A stretch of DNA of 64,000 nucleotides, taken from Pseudomonadota bacterium. GTDB lineage: Bacteria; Desulfobacterota; Desulfobacteria; Desulfobacterales; JBDRRP01. A program made the translations under genes and the position numbers. Position 1 is the stretch's first letter; each line of letters starts with the position of its first letter. Location of the stretch: positions 1 through 64,000 of the forward strand of contig JBDRRP010000027.1 of NCBI GenBank assembly GCA_043825735.1, in the 5' to 3' direction. The notes under the pieces were generated by a model. The model did not search any database. It saw only the letters and a program-made list of their open reading frames with translations, and had not been told where the DNA came from. Positions 19,312 through 29,510 of the stretch are shown here, in pieces.

Positions 19312-20982
19312 TTACATGGTCTCCGGGGCAGACACCCCCAGCAGTGACAGGCCATTTCGAATCACCCTGCGCACCGCTTCCACCAGGTACAGCCGGGCCC
19401 CGGTCATATCGGGGTCATCGCCGATCACCCGGTGCTTATTGTAGTAGGCATGAAATGCCGAGGCAAGCTCCATGAGAAAGAAGGTCACGCGGTGGGGCTC
19501 CATCAAACGGGCACTGCGCTGAACCACTTCCGGAAAAGCGCCCATGGTCCGGATCAATGCGATTTCCTCCGGCTCGGTAAGCGCATGCCCGTTGGCGGCA
19601 TCTGTTGCCGGCCGGAAATCGATGTGTTCGTCCTGGACTTTTCGCAGAATGCTCGAAATGCGGGCATGGACATACTGCACGTAGTAGACCGGATTTTCGT
19701 TGGTTTTCTGCTTGGCCAGTTCCAGATCGAAATCCAGCGGGCTGTTGGAATGACGCGTCAGGAAAATAAAGCGGGCCGCATCGCGCCCTACCTCGTCGAC
19801 CACATCCTCGAGCGTCACGAACTCGCCCGAACGGGTGCTCATGGCCACCGGAGCGCCGGCCCGCAGCAAATTCACCAGGTGAACCAGAATGACATCGAAC
19901 TGATCCTTCCGGCGACCCGAAGCTTCAACGGCCGCCGTGACCCGCGGGATATAGCCGTGGTGGTCGGCTCCCCACACATCGATGACCCGGTCGAATCCGC
20001 GCTGGTATTTTTCCTGGTGGTAGGCGATATCGGATGCAAAGTAGGTGGTCAAGCCGTTCTGCCGGACCACGACCCGATCCTTTTCATCGCCGTAATCGGT
20101 GCTGCGAAACCACAAGGCGCCGTCTTTTTCATAGACGGTCCCCTCGGCCTTCAGGGCGTCAATTGCCGCCATGACGCGGCCGTCATCGTAAAGGCTCTGC
20201 TCGCTGAACCACTGGTCGTAGGTCACGCCGAAGTTTTCAAGATCTTTCTTGATACCGTCCAGTATCGCACCCGCCGCGGCGCGGGCACAGATCGCGATGG
20301 CCTCCTCGGGCGAGTGATCGTCCAGGAGGCCCCTGCCATGCGCATCCCGCACCGCCACTGCAAGATCCCGGATGTAATCGCCCTGGTAGCCGTCTTCCGG
20401 AAAATCCACGGGGATATCGAACAGTTCCTGATACCGGTAATAGACCGATTTGCCCAGTGTACTGATCTGCCGGCCCGAATCGTTGACGTAGTATTCCTTT
20501 TGAACCGCGTACCCGCTGGCCGCCAGAATCCGGGCCATGCTGTCGCCGATGGCCGCCCCGCGGCCGTGGCCCACATGCAGCGGCCCGGTAGGGTTCGCAC
20601 TGACGAACTCCACCTGAATCCGCGTGCCCTGCCCCAGTGAGGATCGCCCATAATGCTCCCCCGCCTGAACCACGCCGTCGAGAACGCTGCGCCATGCCAG
20701 GGGATTGATAAAAAAATTGATGAAACCGGGGCCGGCGATCTCCGTCTTTGCGATCAGCCCGGAGGGGTCGTCCAGGCACTGCACGATGGCCTCTGCGATT
20801 TTCCGCGGCGCCATTTTCTGGGTTTTGGCCATGACCATGGCCAAATTCGTCGAAAAATCACCATGCACTGCTAAATTGGGAGTCTCGATGGCGACATCTT
20901 CCAATGACGCACGGCTAAAAAGCCCCTTTTCAACGGCGGTTTCAATTGTGGCTCTAATTACATTCTGAAGTGTCTGCTTCAT
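19312..20982 (-). CDS. argS: Arginyl-tRNA synthetase
   Basis: [18 protein letters not shown] (HIGH motif), GADHHGY, MSTR, YVQY.HARISS. Confidence 0.97.
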   Translation of the reverse strand: MKQTLQNVIRATIETAVEKGLFSRASLEDVAIETPNLAVHGDFSTNLAMVMAKTQKMAPRKIAEAIVQCLDDPSGLIAKTEIAGPGFINFFINPLAWRSVLDGVVQAGEHYGRSSLGQGTRIQVEFVSANPTGPLHVGHGRGAAIGDSMARILAASGYAVQKEYYVNDSGRQISTLGKSVYYRYQELFDIPVDFPEDGYQGDYIRDLAVAVRDAHGRGLLDDHSPEEAIAICARAAAGAILDGIKKDLENFGVTYDQWFSEQSLYDDGRVMAAIDALKAEGTVYEKDGALWFRSTDYGDEKDRVVVRQNGLTTYFASDIAYHQEKYQRGFDRVIDVWGADHHGYIPRVTAAVEASGRRKDQFDVILVHLVNLLRAGAPVAMSTRSGEFVTLEDVVDEVGRDAARFIFLTRHSNSPLDFDLELAKQKTNENPVYYVQYVHARISSILRKVQDEHIDFRPATDAANGHALTEPEEIALIRTMGAFPEVVQRSARLMEPHRVTFFLMELASAFHAYYNKHRVIGDDPDMTGARLYLVEAVRRVIRNGLSLLGVSAPETM

Positions 20983-21415
20983 AATATCAATCTTTCCGGA
21001 AGACCGCCCCATAGCAGATGCGTAGAGCGTTTCACCATCTCGGCCCATGGAGCAAGATGTTCTAAAAATTTTATTTGGTATGGCCTTTCTGACATTTAGT
21101 CAAGGCGTTTCCTGGAGACAAAAACGGCCCTACCACCTTGAATGTTACCCTATATTATGCCAGAAGGCCTTGTGCATTTGCTGGCAACGAAAAACGGATA
21201 GACAGAGACCTGCGGTAAAGTCGCAGTTGAATTCATGATCGAGCACTTTTGACTTGAATCGCCTATTATGAAGACTGTAACTTCTCAAAATGAAGCGGTG
21301 CCAATACAAGGAGCCTCTCATCTACGCCCATAAATGCCAAACTCCGGTTGTACCTCGGTAGGAACGGAATTATTTATATGGGCAATCAATGCCCAACCAG
21401 TTGAGACAATAGTCG

Positions 21416-23803
21416 ATGACCCTTCCCCCGCAATCGGAAATGCCTGCATCTACACGAGTGCTGATAGCTCTGGCCATCGCCCTTGTGGCCATTGCCGTCT
21501 ATGCACCGATTGTGAACCATGAATTCCTGAATTTCGACGATAATTTCTACGTCTCTGGAAACCCCCATGTTCAGGGAGGTCTGAACCTGGAAGGGATCAC
21601 TGAAGCGTTTCGCCCCCAGGAGCACACCTATTTCCATCCCCTCACTTGGTTTTCCCACATGCTGGACTGGGAATTGTTTGGCAACAATGCCGGCATGCAC
21701 CACTTGATGAGTGCCTTCTGGCATGCGGCCAATGCCGCCTTACTGTTTATAACACTGGGTATCATGACTGGTGGCTGGTGGACCAGCGCTGCAGTGGCAC
21801 TCTTGTTCACCCTCCATCCGGTGAACGTGGATAGTGTTGCGTGGATCGCCGAGCGAAAAAACCTGCTCAGCACATTTTTCTGGTTTAGCACCATGCTGGC
21901 CTACACCCGATATGTGCGCAGACCCAGCATCCCTGTCTATGGCGTCATAATCACGACATTTACCCTGGGGCTGCTGGCCAAACCAATGCTGGTGACCCTG
22001 CCGCTCGCTTTGATGCTGCTGGATTACTGGCCGCTGGCCCGTTTCAATGGACTGTTCGACGATCAAAAAACGATGCGAGCCGCAACCGTTGATATTCTGA
22101 AGCGACTTTTCATCAACAAACTCCCCCTGCTGGTGCTTTCGGCTGCATCCGTCTGGATTTCCACCCGCTCAGTCGAACAATTGGGCATCGTCATAGACTT
22201 TTCCATCCGCCCGTTGGGGCTCCGGGTATCCAATGCCATTGTTTCATACATCCAGTACCTCGGAAAACTGTGCATCCCGATCAACTTTTCGGTTTTTTAC
22301 CCCTACCCTGATCACATATCGGCGATGACCGTCGCCGCAGCCTTGGCAGTATTGGCCCTAATTTCATTCTGGGCTCTGATCGGGTGGCGGCTGCGACCAT
22401 GGCGAATCGTGGGATGGTGCTGGTTTCTCGGGACTATGGTTCCGGTATTGGGTATCTACCAAAGCGGCCTCTGGCCCGCCTATGCCGACCGCTGGATGTA
22501 TGTGCCCGCCGTGGGCCTTTTCATGGCGGTAGCCTGGGAACTTACGGATCTGACCCTTCACAGACCTCGTTACAAAAGGGTTGTCGCAGGATGCGCTGCG
22601 TTGGCCATATTGGCCCTCGGGCTGGTGACGCGGGAGAACCTTCCCTATTGGAAAAATAGCGACACTTTGTTTAGGCATGCCTTAGCCGTTACAGAAAAAA
22701 ATGATATCGCTCTACGTGGCGTCGCTTATGAGTTGATGATGGAAAAGCATTTTGGTACCGCACGGGAATATTTGGAAGCAGCACTTTCCATTGCCCCTGA
22801 AAACAATGAACTGCACTTTGACATGGGCAATGTGATGGCGTCGTTGGATCGCCCCAAAGAAGCGCTATTTCATTTTCGGGAGGCGATCCGGCTGGCGCCG
22901 GGCTATTACCAGGCCCACTGTTCCGCTGGTAACATGCTCAGAGACATGGGCGAGACTGCCGCAGCCATCGCTCAATACCGCCAGGCCCTCAGGCTATCGC
23001 CGGATTATCGCCTGGCACTTCACAATCTTGGGGTGTTGTTAATAAAAACCGGTTTTCGCCAAGAAGGGCTCGACCTTTTGCAAAAAGTGCTTGCGATGGA
23101 ACCATCAAATGCCGATGCACAGTTTAATTTGGGGAATGCCTATTCGGATATTGGTGATCGACAGGAAGCAATCAGTCACTACCAAAAAGCGATTGCGCTC
23201 AACCCCGCCTATGCCGAGGCCCATCTCAACATTGGGACGATTCTCATCGAATTAGGGCAGATAGACAAAGCAGTGAGCAGTTATCGCCGGGCCCTGCATT
23301 ACCAGCCGGAAATTCCGATGGGACAAAACAATCTGCAGCGGGCACAAGCCTTGCAACAAGCCTTTGAAATTCGCCGCGCTCAAATCGCATCTGCGATCGC
23401 CGCCTCGTCAAAAGACCCATTGCCGCTGGTCGATATGGGGGATATTTACCGAGAGATCCGCAACTACGACAGGGCTGTTGACTATTATCAGAAAGCTCTG
23501 GACATCGATCCGAAATACGCCCGGGCAACCAATAACATGGCCATTGCTCACGCCTTTGCTGGCCATCTCAACGAAGCCGCTTTCTATTTTACCCAAACGG
23601 CCGCCCTAACCCCCAATAGCGAGAAAGTCTACTACAACCTGGCGTGCATCCAATCCCGTCGCAACGATTTGGAGGCCGCGATGGCCGCGCTGAAAAGAGC
23701 GGTCTCTCTGGGTTACAATCGCTGGGAAAAAATTCTGAACGACGACGATCTATCCCATCTCAGAGCGTCCGCTGTTTTTAAAACATGGTGGAAATCCCGA
23801 TAG
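21416..23803 (+). CDS. TMTC-like GT-C glycosyltransferase with TPRs, paralog of 10130..12307
   Basis: NFDDNFYV, HPVNVDSVAWIAERK, ADRWMY; long TPR array. Confidence 0.8.
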   Translation: MTLPPQSEMPASTRVLIALAIALVAIAVYAPIVNHEFLNFDDNFYVSGNPHVQGGLNLEGITEAFRPQEHTYFHPLTWFSHMLDWELFGNNAGMHHLMSAFWHAANAALLFITLGIMTGGWWTSAAVALLFTLHPVNVDSVAWIAERKNLLSTFFWFSTMLAYTRYVRRPSIPVYGVIITTFTLGLLAKPMLVTLPLALMLLDYWPLARFNGLFDDQKTMRAATVDILKRLFINKLPLLVLSAASVWISTRSVEQLGIVIDFSIRPLGLRVSNAIVSYIQYLGKLCIPINFSVFYPYPDHISAMTVAAALAVLALISFWALIGWRLRPWRIVGWCWFLGTMVPVLGIYQSGLWPAYADRWMYVPAVGLFMAVAWELTDLTLHRPRYKRVVAGCAALAILALGLVTRENLPYWKNSDTLFRHALAVTEKNDIALRGVAYELMMEKHFGTAREYLEAALSIAPENNELHFDMGNVMASLDRPKEALFHFREAIRLAPGYYQAHCSAGNMLRDMGETAAAIAQYRQALRLSPDYRLALHNLGVLLIKTGFRQEGLDLLQKVLAMEPSNADAQFNLGNAYSDIGDRQEAISHYQKAIALNPAYAEAHLNIGTILIELGQIDKAVSSYRRALHYQPEIPMGQNNLQRAQALQQAFEIRRAQIASAIAASSKDPLPLVDMGDIYREIRNYDRAVDYYQKALDIDPKYARATNNMAIAHAFAGHLNEAAFYFTQTAALTPNSEKVYYNLACIQSRRNDLEAAMAALKRAVSLGYNRWEKILNDDDLSHLRASAVFKTWWKSR

Positions 23804-24352
23804 TCACTGCCGCCGAGCTATTTCAGCCGCCGGAACACCGCCGACAATGGTGCCGTCTTCCACATCCCTGGTCACCACCGCACCGGCAGCAACCACAACG
23901 CCATTGCCGATTGTCACCCCTGCCGATATGACGGCGTGCGCACCGACCCACACATTGCTGCCGATGCTTACCGGTGCCGACAGGTGAGGGAGTTGATTCA
24001 TCGGAACCCGAGTCTGGCGGTAGTCATGGTTGGAGGAAACAATGACCACATAAGGGCCAACCATCACATTGTCGCCAATGGCAATGCCGCCACGGCCGTC
24101 CATCAAGGCTCCTGTGTTGATGGAAAAACCGCTGCCCACAGAGATGCCGTAGGTGTGTGTCAGGTAGACACCAGGGTAGACCAGTGCAAGCCCGCCCATG
24201 CGCTTGAACATCATCTGGTAAAAACCATATCTGAGCATCCCCGGCACGAACCCAGGCAAAGACCGCAGCAACCAGCCGACAACCTCCTCCACCCACAGGT
24301 GAATCAGGCGCCCATGGTAGCGTGCAATGAATCTTCGTATCGGGTGCATCAC
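23804..24352 (-). CDS. Hexapeptide-repeat O-acyltransferase
   Basis: IGDNVMVG, IGSNVWVG, GVTIG, AAGAVVT, GGVPA. Confidence 0.88.
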   Translation of the reverse strand: MMHPIRRFIARYHGRLIHLWVEEVVGWLLRSLPGFVPGMLRYGFYQMMFKRMGGLALVYPGVYLTHTYGISVGSGFSINTGALMDGRGGIAIGDNVMVGPYVVIVSSNHDYRQTRVPMNQLPHLSAPVSIGSNVWVGAHAVISAGVTIGNGVVVAAGAVVTRDVEDGTIVGGVPAAEIARRQ

Positions 24353-25117
24353 TTATCCTCGACGGGTCAGGGTGATCGTTGCAAACATTGCCCAAAAATC
24401 CATAAAGGGACGCATCAACGACTCAACACGGCAAGACATTTCAAACAAGCCCGAGGGAAGAAACGCCGGCTGCGACATCCCGCCCGAGAGCAGGTATCGA
24501 AACGGCGTGTGAAGCCTGATATGGCTCATTTCAAGCAGCGGCAGCGTTGCCTTCCATTTGAGCGCATCCCGCTCAAAAACCATCCACGGCAGCGCGCTGT
24601 TGGCCTGAGACAGCGCCCCCCCTTCCGGCAGCGCCCACGATCGAGCCGCCGGCAGGCAAGGTTCGTGGTGCAGCCACCGGTAGATCCATCCGGACCATGC
24701 GGTGAGCCAGGGTTCGATCATCACGATCCGTCCGCCCGGGGCAAGACAGCGCTGCGCCTCGGAAAGAAAAAGGGCGACATTCGGCATGTGGTGGAAGACA
24801 TCCACCATGACGACGGCCTTTAGAGATGCCGTTTTGAAAGGCAGTCGCTGGGCATCGAGCGTCACATCGACAATGGGCAGTCTCAAGATATCCGAAGTGA
24901 TGACCCCGGGGAGGATCTGTTTGAAAAAACCGGCCCCCGAGCCCAGCTCCAGCACGGCACCATTGACTCGGCGGGGGATGTGCCCGGCGATTTCTTCATA
25001 CCAGGATCGGTAGAGCCTGTTGAGAAACCGCTTTTTTTCGAGCACGGCGCTTCGCCGCAACGTCGTCTCGGGATCATCGATACCTCGGGCCTGATTCACT
25101 CGCAGATCTGTCCCCAT
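24353..25117 (-). CDS. Class I SAM-dependent methyltransferase
   Basis: VLELGSGAG; DAQRLPF; LAPGGR. Confidence 0.85.
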   Translation of the reverse strand: MGTDLRVNQARGIDDPETTLRRSAVLEKKRFLNRLYRSWYEEIAGHIPRRVNGAVLELGSGAGFFKQILPGVITSDILRLPIVDVTLDAQRLPFKTASLKAVVMVDVFHHMPNVALFLSEAQRCLAPGGRIVMIEPWLTAWSGWIYRWLHHEPCLPAARSWALPEGGALSQANSALPWMVFERDALKWKATLPLLEMSHIRLHTPFRYLLSGGMSQPAFLPSGLFEMSCRVESLMRPFMDFWAMFATITLTRRG

Positions 25118-25178
25118 ACGATTGAAGGGTTATATGCGAAAGCGCACCATAAAATCGTTTATGCATAGAGCTAAAATT

Positions 25179-25439
25179 TGACGGTCCTGAAAAAGTCCCA
25201 AAGCGTGTCACCCCGGCGACTTGTCCGCCATAGCGCAGCGACGGCGGAAGGCCGGGGTCCAGAAGTGCTCGAAATCACTGGATCCCGGATCTCGTTTCAC
25301 TCGTCCGGGATGACGAAAAAAATCTGAAATCACCACCGAGGACACAGAGAGCGCAGAGATAACTGATTAGTAATCCGAGCTTTCCTCTTCTTCCCTCTGC
25401 GTACTCTGTGGTTCAAAATCATTTTTTACGGATCCATCA
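25179..25439. mobile_element. MITE-A containing a CGTC-type REP doublet with a 29-bp micro-insertion (25220-25248)
   Basis: TGACGGTCCTGAAAAAG ... TTTTTACGGATCCATCA; CCCCGGCGA[insert]AGGCCGGGG. Confidence 0.7.
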
Positions 25440-25476
25440 ACGTTTAATGCCTTAGGCCAATGTCTCCGATAACCAT

Positions 25477-26916
25477 TTATATAAATTTGATCCGTTTGGC
25501 GGCGAACGTCGCCATCTTCAGCAAAATCCATCCGTGATACCAGCGGCGGATATTGGTCTCGCCATAGCGCCGCTCCTGGTACCGGATGGGCATTTCAACG
25601 ATCTTCAGATTTTGCTTGGATGCCCCGAACAGCAGATCGAAATCGCCGAAGGGATCGAAGTCCCCGAAATACTGCCGGTTGGCGGCGATCTTTTCATAGT
25701 CGGCCCGCCACAGCACCTTGGTGCCGCACAGGGTGTCCTTTATCGGCTGCCCCAGCAGCCAGGTAAACAGAATGCTGAAAAACTTGTTGCCCAGGATATT
25801 GGCAAACCGCATGGCGTGCTGGGCCATGGGGTAAACCAGCCGCACCCCGTTGATGAACTCGCCCTGCCCGGAGGCCATGACATTGAAAAACCGGGGCAGC
25901 GACTCGGGCGGCACGGTCATGTCCGCGTCCAGGATCATCAAAATGTCGCCGGAGGCTTTCTCGAATCCGAGACGAACCGCGTCTCCTTTTCCCTTCCCCG
26001 GTTGCCGGTAGCGTGAAAGGTGCTTCTCCGGGCATCGATCGATCTGAGACCCGATGGCGGCATAGGTGTCGTCCTGGGAATGGCCTTCGACAAACACCAC
26101 CTCGGTGCCGGCCCCCATCTCGGGGATGCGGTCGACAATTTCCGCGATGTTGCCGGCCTCGTTTCGCGCCGGCACGATCACCGACACGGTGAGGGCGCCG
26201 GCCGGTTTTCTTTCTTCTTCGCTGGGCACCGGCCGGGCCGCCATGAAATTGGCGAGCGCAAACCATTTAAACGGCGCCACCGGCGCAAAAAACCGGTTTG
26301 CGACCCGGCCGATCCACCCCAGATCGACGGGCACCAGGACACCGGCCACGTTTTTGACGACCTCGAAACCGGTAATCTTCAAAAGATTGCGCACATCGTC
26401 CGGCGACAGCCAGTTCTGTTCCAGAAAATCGGCGCCCTTGCCCAACCGTCGGACCCCCTCCAGGGGAAGCCGCCACAGGTTATTGAAAAAATTGATGACG
26501 ATGCGCGTTCCCGGATGGGTGAGCCCGCGTACGGTTTCCAGCACCGCCTGCACATCCCACAGGTCATTGACCAGATCGGACAGGATGATGATGTCAAAGG
26601 GGCGTTTGAAATGAATGCGCTGGGCGTCGGCTTGGACAAAATGCAGGTGCGGGTGGCGCCCGGCGGCGACACTGAGCATATTGCCTGAGAAATCCACACC
26701 GACACCCAAAGAGGGCTTAAGCGCCGCCAGAAGGTCACCGTGGCCGCAGCCGAGTTCAAGAACACGCGCGCCCTCGGGCACCAAAAATCGGCAGTAACGC
26801 TGGAGCAGGCGCTGGTAGTAGGCCCCCGGGCGAAGCGGATTCTCCTTGGCGGTGGAGACGCGGTCCCAGTGCTCACGGCGGTGCCGGTTATATTGATGCG
26901 ATAGGGTGGTATGCAT
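25477..26916 (-). CDS. Bifunctional methyltransferase / GT2 (DPM1-like) glycosyltransferase
   Basis: VLELGCGHG; SVIVPARNE, GKGDAVR, ILDAD, DTLCGTK. Confidence 0.88.
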   Translation of the reverse strand: MHTTLSHQYNRHRREHWDRVSTAKENPLRPGAYYQRLLQRYCRFLVPEGARVLELGCGHGDLLAALKPSLGVGVDFSGNMLSVAAGRHPHLHFVQADAQRIHFKRPFDIIILSDLVNDLWDVQAVLETVRGLTHPGTRIVINFFNNLWRLPLEGVRRLGKGADFLEQNWLSPDDVRNLLKITGFEVVKNVAGVLVPVDLGWIGRVANRFFAPVAPFKWFALANFMAARPVPSEEERKPAGALTVSVIVPARNEAGNIAEIVDRIPEMGAGTEVVFVEGHSQDDTYAAIGSQIDRCPEKHLSRYRQPGKGKGDAVRLGFEKASGDILMILDADMTVPPESLPRFFNVMASGQGEFINGVRLVYPMAQHAMRFANILGNKFFSILFTWLLGQPIKDTLCGTKVLWRADYEKIAANRQYFGDFDPFGDFDLLFGASKQNLKIVEMPIRYQERRYGETNIRRWYHGWILLKMATFAAKRIKFI

Positions 26917-27085
26917 GAATGAGGATCAGTCGGTCATCTGGAAATCGTCATTTGTCGCCACTGTCAGGTGTGATTGCCTACTACCATCATGTCGCACAAT
27001 TTTCAAACAAAGGGCCGCGCGTCCCGCAAAGACACGCGGCCCTCCCATTGTTATCAGCAATTGAAATCACCCGAGGCTCTGCCCC

Positions 27086-27706
27086 CTATACGCCGCAGCT
27101 GCCCAGCAGGGTGCAGATCATGTCGCAGGCCTTTTCCAGACTCATCTGACTCATGTTGAAAACGACATGGTAATGCTCCGACTGGTCGTAGTCGACCTTG
27201 CCGATCTTACGGTAGAGATTGATGCGGCGCTTGTCTTCCATCTCAATCGCCTGCGTCGCCTGTTTGCGGGTAAGATCGTAACGCTTTTCCATAAACGCGA
27301 TACGGTGCTGGACATCGGCGATGAGCAATATATGGAAGACATCCTCCCGGCCTTTCAGAATATACTGCCCGCCGCGGCCGAGAATCACCGCGTTTCCGGT
27401 TTCGGCGATCTTTGTGATCACGTGCTTTAACATGTCCTGGTAGATCTCTTCATCGAGATAACCGTGATCGATATCCAGAATCTTTTCCACCAGGTTTTTG
27501 GGAACAATGCTGGAGAGCAGACGCTGAAACTTGCCGCCGGCCTCCTTTTCCATGGCCTCCACCCAATCGGTGGACACCTTCGCCTTTTTAGCGACCATCT
27601 GAATCAGTTCGTTGTCGAAAAACGTATAGCCCAATCGCTTTGAGATCATTTCCCCCAGCGTTTTACCACCGGCCCCGAACATCCGTGAAATGGTCAGTAC
27701 CGACAT
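27086..27706 (-). CDS. Cytidylate kinase-like family protein
   Basis: TISRMFGAGG, VILGRGG, EDKRR; SD GAGGAGG. Confidence 0.85.
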   Translation of the reverse strand: MSVLTISRMFGAGGKTLGEMISKRLGYTFFDNELIQMVAKKAKVSTDWVEAMEKEAGGKFQRLLSSIVPKNLVEKILDIDHGYLDEEIYQDMLKHVITKIAETGNAVILGRGGQYILKGREDVFHILLIADVQHRIAFMEKRYDLTRKQATQAIEMEDKRRINLYRKIGKVDYDQSEHYHVVFNMSQMSLEKACDMICTLLGSCGV

Positions 27707-28114
27707 GCACACCTCCTCAAGTTGTAGGGGTGAAGACAAACTGACGGGTGGCAGGCACTGGCGAGAAGGGGGGCAGAAGGTGAGCGCCGATATCGACGCC
27801 GGCATCGGGCGTATCAGTCGGTGGCCTGTTCCCAATTTGGCACCCAGCCACAGATGGCATCTTTCAGCCGTCCCCAAGGCTATTGCGTGACACGTGCCGG
27901 GAACCAGAACCTACCACCTGTGAGTGGCCAATAGTTGTCAAAGATATATCCCAATCCGCGGCATTTGACAAACAGCAAAATTCAGACTAAAAAAGAATGA
28001 CCTGATCCTCTTCTGAATCTACTCCTCCCTCTCGACCGGATAAGCCGCCAGCGGCTTGCGCACACGCAGACGACGTTTACGATAGCCCTTCTTCGGACAT
28101 GACATGAAACGCGA

Positions 28115-28381
28115 ATGGGCCTCAACTATCGAAAACACAGTGCATGGGCAGAGAATCTCTCGATCGTCATGCAACTCGGCCTGACAATGGCCGGTTGCAT
28201 TTTTTTTTGTTTTTTCACCGGACGTTATCTTGATCAGTGGTTGGGCACCCGCGGCATCATGACCACCCTTGCCATTCTGTTCGGCATCATCGGCGGGGGG
28301 GTCGTCTGCTACCGGCAAATCCTTGACATCACGGCGGAGGCCGCTCACCGTGACGAACGCGACAACGATCACGCCCCATAG
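28115..28381 (+). CDS. AtpZ/AtpI-family ATPase gene 1 protein
   Basis: G.YLDQWLGT motif, two TM helices, first gene of the F0 operon. Confidence 0.8.
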   Translation: MGLNYRKHSAWAENLSIVMQLGLTMAGCIFFCFFTGRYLDQWLGTRGIMTTLAILFGIIGGGVVCYRQILDITAEAAHRDERDNDHAP

Positions 28382-28751
28382 GCAGCTGCAGATACGATAC
28401 AGCACCGGCGCGCTGTCACTGGCCGCCGTCCTGGGCGTGGGCTGCCTGCTGGCCGGGTGGCCGGCCGCCGGCAAGGGAATCGTTCTGGGCACGGTGTTCA
28501 GCGCCGCCAACTTCATTCTCATGGGAGAAGGTGTGGCATTGAAATTCGCCACCGGCGGCGGGAGCAGCCTCATTGCGTTTCTAATGATGATCGGGCGCTA
28601 TATCCTGCTGGCCCTGCCCATCATCGTGGCCATCAAACAGCCGGCGTTCGATCTGCCGGCCACTGTGGCGGGCGTGTTCATGGTACAGGCCTGCATCATC
28701 ATCGACGCCTTTCGCAAGACACTCAAAGAGCGCCGGCAGTCTTCGGCCTAA
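28350..28751 (+). CDS. ATP synthase I-chain family protein (GTG start inferred)
   Basis: Four TM helices; GGAGG upstream of the GTG; lies before atpB. Confidence 0.7.
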   Translation: MTNATTITPHRQLQIRYSTGALSLAAVLGVGCLLAGWPAAGKGIVLGTVFSAANFILMGEGVALKFATGGGSSLIAFLMMIGRYILLALPIIVAIKQPAFDLPATVAGVFMVQACIIIDAFRKTLKERRQSSA

Positions 28752-28814
28752 TCGTAGGCGCCTCAGATCACGAAGTGCCGGCCATTCCTTCCCCAGCCGG
28801 ACGCGAGGGTATGC

Positions 28815-29489
28815 ATGGAAAACCTTGGCCTCATTCACCAGCTGCTGATCCCCGTGGGCGGGTATACCATTACCGTCAACGTGGAGGCGATGATCATGAC
28901 CTGGATCGTAATCGCCGCGCTCCTGGTCTTCGGGATCATTGCCGGCCGCGCGCGCGCGCGCATCCCCGGAAGCGCGCAGCTTGTCGGCGAACTGGTGATA
29001 ACCCAGCTCTACGGGCTCACCGAAGATGCGCTGGGTCCGACATATGCCAAAAAATACGCGCCGATGATCTGCGCGCTGTTCATATTCCTGCTCATGTCCA
29101 ACTGGCTGGGTATCCTTCCCCATCTCGAAGAGCCCACACGGGATCTGAACACGCCGCTCAGCCTCGGCCTGATGGGTTTTGTCATCGCCCACTGGGCCGG
29201 TATCAAGGAAAAAGGGTGGAAGACGTATATCAAATCCTACTTCGAACCGGTTTTTTTCCTGATGCCGCTGAACCTCATCGGTGAAATGGCAAAGATCATT
29301 TCCATCTCGTTTCGTCTGTTTGGCAACATCATGGGCGGCGCCATCATTATCCTTGTCGTTTCCCATCTGTGCTACAGCGTGCTGCTGCCGCCCTTTCTCA
29401 ACGCGTTCTTCGGCTTGTTTGTGGGGACCATCCAGGCCTTCGTATTCACGATGCTGACGGTGGTCTATATCTCAGTGCAAATTAAGTAG
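28815..29489 (+). CDS. atpB: F0 subunit a
   Basis: NWLG.LP, PT.DLNT, SISFRLFGNI (essential Arg), IQAFVF. Confidence 0.95.
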   Translation: MENLGLIHQLLIPVGGYTITVNVEAMIMTWIVIAALLVFGIIAGRARARIPGSAQLVGELVITQLYGLTEDALGPTYAKKYAPMICALFIFLLMSNWLGILPHLEEPTRDLNTPLSLGLMGFVIAHWAGIKEKGWKTYIKSYFEPVFFLMPLNLIGEMAKIISISFRLFGNIMGGAIIILVVSHLCYSVLLPPFLNAFFGLFVGTIQAFVFTMLTVVYISVQIK

Positions 29490-29510
29490 TGTCCGTCCAG
29501 AAATGGTAGA

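Noticed and set aside
19432..20640. Long antisense ORFs (also 46038, 57821, 61230)
   Set aside because: Shadows of GC3-rich genes on the opposite strand
27965..27993. Sigma70 promoter for the atp operon
   Set aside because: TTGACA is present but the -10 at 17-bp spacing (TAAAAA) is weak; not supportable without transcription start data
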